This document shows positions 32,979 to 34,268 of a stretch of DNA of 34,268 nucleotides, piece by piece. The notes under the pieces were generated by a model that was not told the DNA's origin, searched no databases, and saw only the letters and a program-made list of their open reading frames with translations. Position 1 is the stretch's first letter; each line of letters opens with the position of its first letter. The translations under genes were made by a program, and so were the position numbers. Where the stretch lies: the NCBI GenBank assembly GCA_029262755.1, contig JAJCYU010000284.1, positions 1 through 34,268 of the forward strand, in the 5' to 3' direction. Origin of the DNA: Anaerolineae bacterium (GTDB lineage: Bacteria > Chloroflexota > Anaerolineae > Epilineales > Epilineaceae).

Positions 32979-34253
32979 CTAGCCGCGTTCCCGTTCGCCA
33001 GAAGGATCGCCTTCATCCTCGTCGACAGGCGTGCCATCTGCCATTGCACCCTCCGGCCCAGATCCAGGCTCCCCTTCCAGCTGCGCACCGTGCGCGCCGT
33101 ACACACCGGCTAGTCGCGCCATCCGCTTGCTCACCACGGCAGCACCGAGCACGCCGAGCACGATTGCGCCCACGGCGCTCGACAGACCGAGCATGAGGAA
33201 GAGCATCGCGCGCGCTCCGTCGTCGCTGACCGCGCCGTCGTTCTCGTTCTCGTCCTCGTCCCCCTCCCCCTCTCCGTCCCCTAGCCTGTCGTCATCGGCT
33301 TCCGGCCCGTCCCGGCGATCGGCACCAGCGGCGAGCGCCCTCGCGCTCTGTGTGGCCGCCGCATCGACCGTCGCGGCCGCTACGCGCTCGTCGCTCGTTC
33401 GAGGCGCAATCGGACTGCCTCGCGTGCCGCCGTCCGACGGCGCATAGATCGCCGTGCCTGTCGGCGCGACGTCTCGCTCCGCGCCCGGTGTAATCACCCC
33501 GTCCTCGGCGCCCGGCAATCCAGGCGGCCATGTGGCTTGTGGCGGGCCGGACGAGCCGGCGTCATCGCCCGCAGAATCAGCCGACGATCCGCCTGTCGAT
33601 GGCGAGCCGCCCACCGGCTCGCGCGCGCCATGTTGCCCGACGGCATCTCCGTCCTTGCACGTCACAAGCACGGACGCATCCACCCTGCGATGGTCGATCG
33701 GTCGAGCCATCTCGTCGGCAAGGACGGTTGCTTGGAGCGAGATCGCCGACCGGCCGGCGCGTAGCCCGCGTACCCGCAGGCGCGCGATCGTTGCGTTCCC
33801 CGCGATCGCAGCCGCGGGTCGCAAGAGGACCACCGCGAAGCTCGCGACCCCTGCAAGAGCGGAGTCCTGCGGCGTCCGGACGCGGGCAGCCGTTTCAGCG
33901 TCCGGTTGGTGCACCGCGTTAACCGCGACCATGCCCTCGCCGGCGACCTCGCTAAAACGAACGGAGGCGAGCTGAATGCCGGGCGTATCGGGCTCGGCAT
34001 CGACGGCAGCGAGCAACGCGCCATCGAAGCTTAGCTGCACGTCGGCGCCCCACAATCCGGCGACGTTGGATACGACCAGCTCCAGGTCGCGCTCCTCGCC
34101 ACACGCGACGGTGATCTCGGCCGGTAGCACAGCGACGATCGCGGGGCCTTGCTTGGCTCCCAGCCCGACGCCGCGATCCGGGTCTGTTTGTGCGCGCACG
34201 GTTGATGCGCCGAGCGCGATGCAGATCGATGCGAACAGCACTGCGCGGAGCAT
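32979..34253 (-). CDS. Cohesin-domain cell-surface protein with low-complexity linker and C-terminal membrane anchor
   Basis: Signal peptide MLRAVLFASICIALGASTVRA-Q; cohesin-like LELVVSNVAGLWGADVQLSFDGALLAAVDAEPDTPGIQ; TM helix MLFLMLGLSSAVGAIVLGVLGAAVV followed by KR. The frame is open to the window edge, so the true start may lie outside. Confidence 0.75.
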   Translation of the reverse strand: MLRAVLFASICIALGASTVRAQTDPDRGVGLGAKQGPAIVAVLPAEITVACGEERDLELVVSNVAGLWGADVQLSFDGALLAAVDAEPDTPGIQLASVRFSEVAGEGMVAVNAVHQPDAETAARVRTPQDSALAGVASFAVVLLRPAAAIAGNATIARLRVRGLRAGRSAISLQATVLADEMARPIDHRRVDASVLVTCKDGDAVGQHGAREPVGGSPSTGGSSADSAGDDAGSSGPPQATWPPGLPGAEDGVITPGAERDVAPTGTAIYAPSDGGTRGSPIAPRTSDERVAAATVDAAATQSARALAAGADRRDGPEADDDRLGDGEGEGDEDENENDGAVSDDGARAMLFLMLGLSSAVGAIVLGVLGAAVVSKRMARLAGVYGAHGAQLEGEPGSGPEGAMADGTPVDEDEGDPSGERERG

Positions 34254-34268
34254 CCGAACCGTACGCTG

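Overview
GC-rich bacterial chromosomal segment, gene-dense, with no rRNA, tRNA, CRISPR array, transposase or phage gene that I can recognise. The secreted-protein style (Pro/Thr linkers ending in (Y/F)LP-hydrophobic motifs, cohesin and VWA surface proteins, LuxR-TM-Kelch regulator) suggests Chloroflexota (inference). In order it holds: the 3' end of sdhA and sdhB; a secreted multi-domain protein; a peptidase MA-type metalloprotease; three paralogous secreted jelly-roll/MAM-like proteins; rsgA; a doubly membrane-anchored clan-A glycoside hydrolase; a LuxR-TM-Kelch regulator; a class I SAM methyltransferase plus B12-binding radical SAM enzyme; a divergent secreted protein of nine palindromically spaced six-cysteine repeats; pepF; engB/yihA; a class A PBP; a beta-propeller/dual-VWA protein; a HAD hydrolase; a pterin cluster (folE, FolM/PTR1-like SDR, folB, folK) ending in a coupled FNR-family oxidoreductase resembling eukaryotic OXNAD1; and a cohesin-domain membrane protein. 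The best leads are the 54-Cys repeat protein and the OXNAD1-like gene coupled to the pterin cluster. All family calls come from motif recognition by eye; no searches were run, and several start codons are uncertain.
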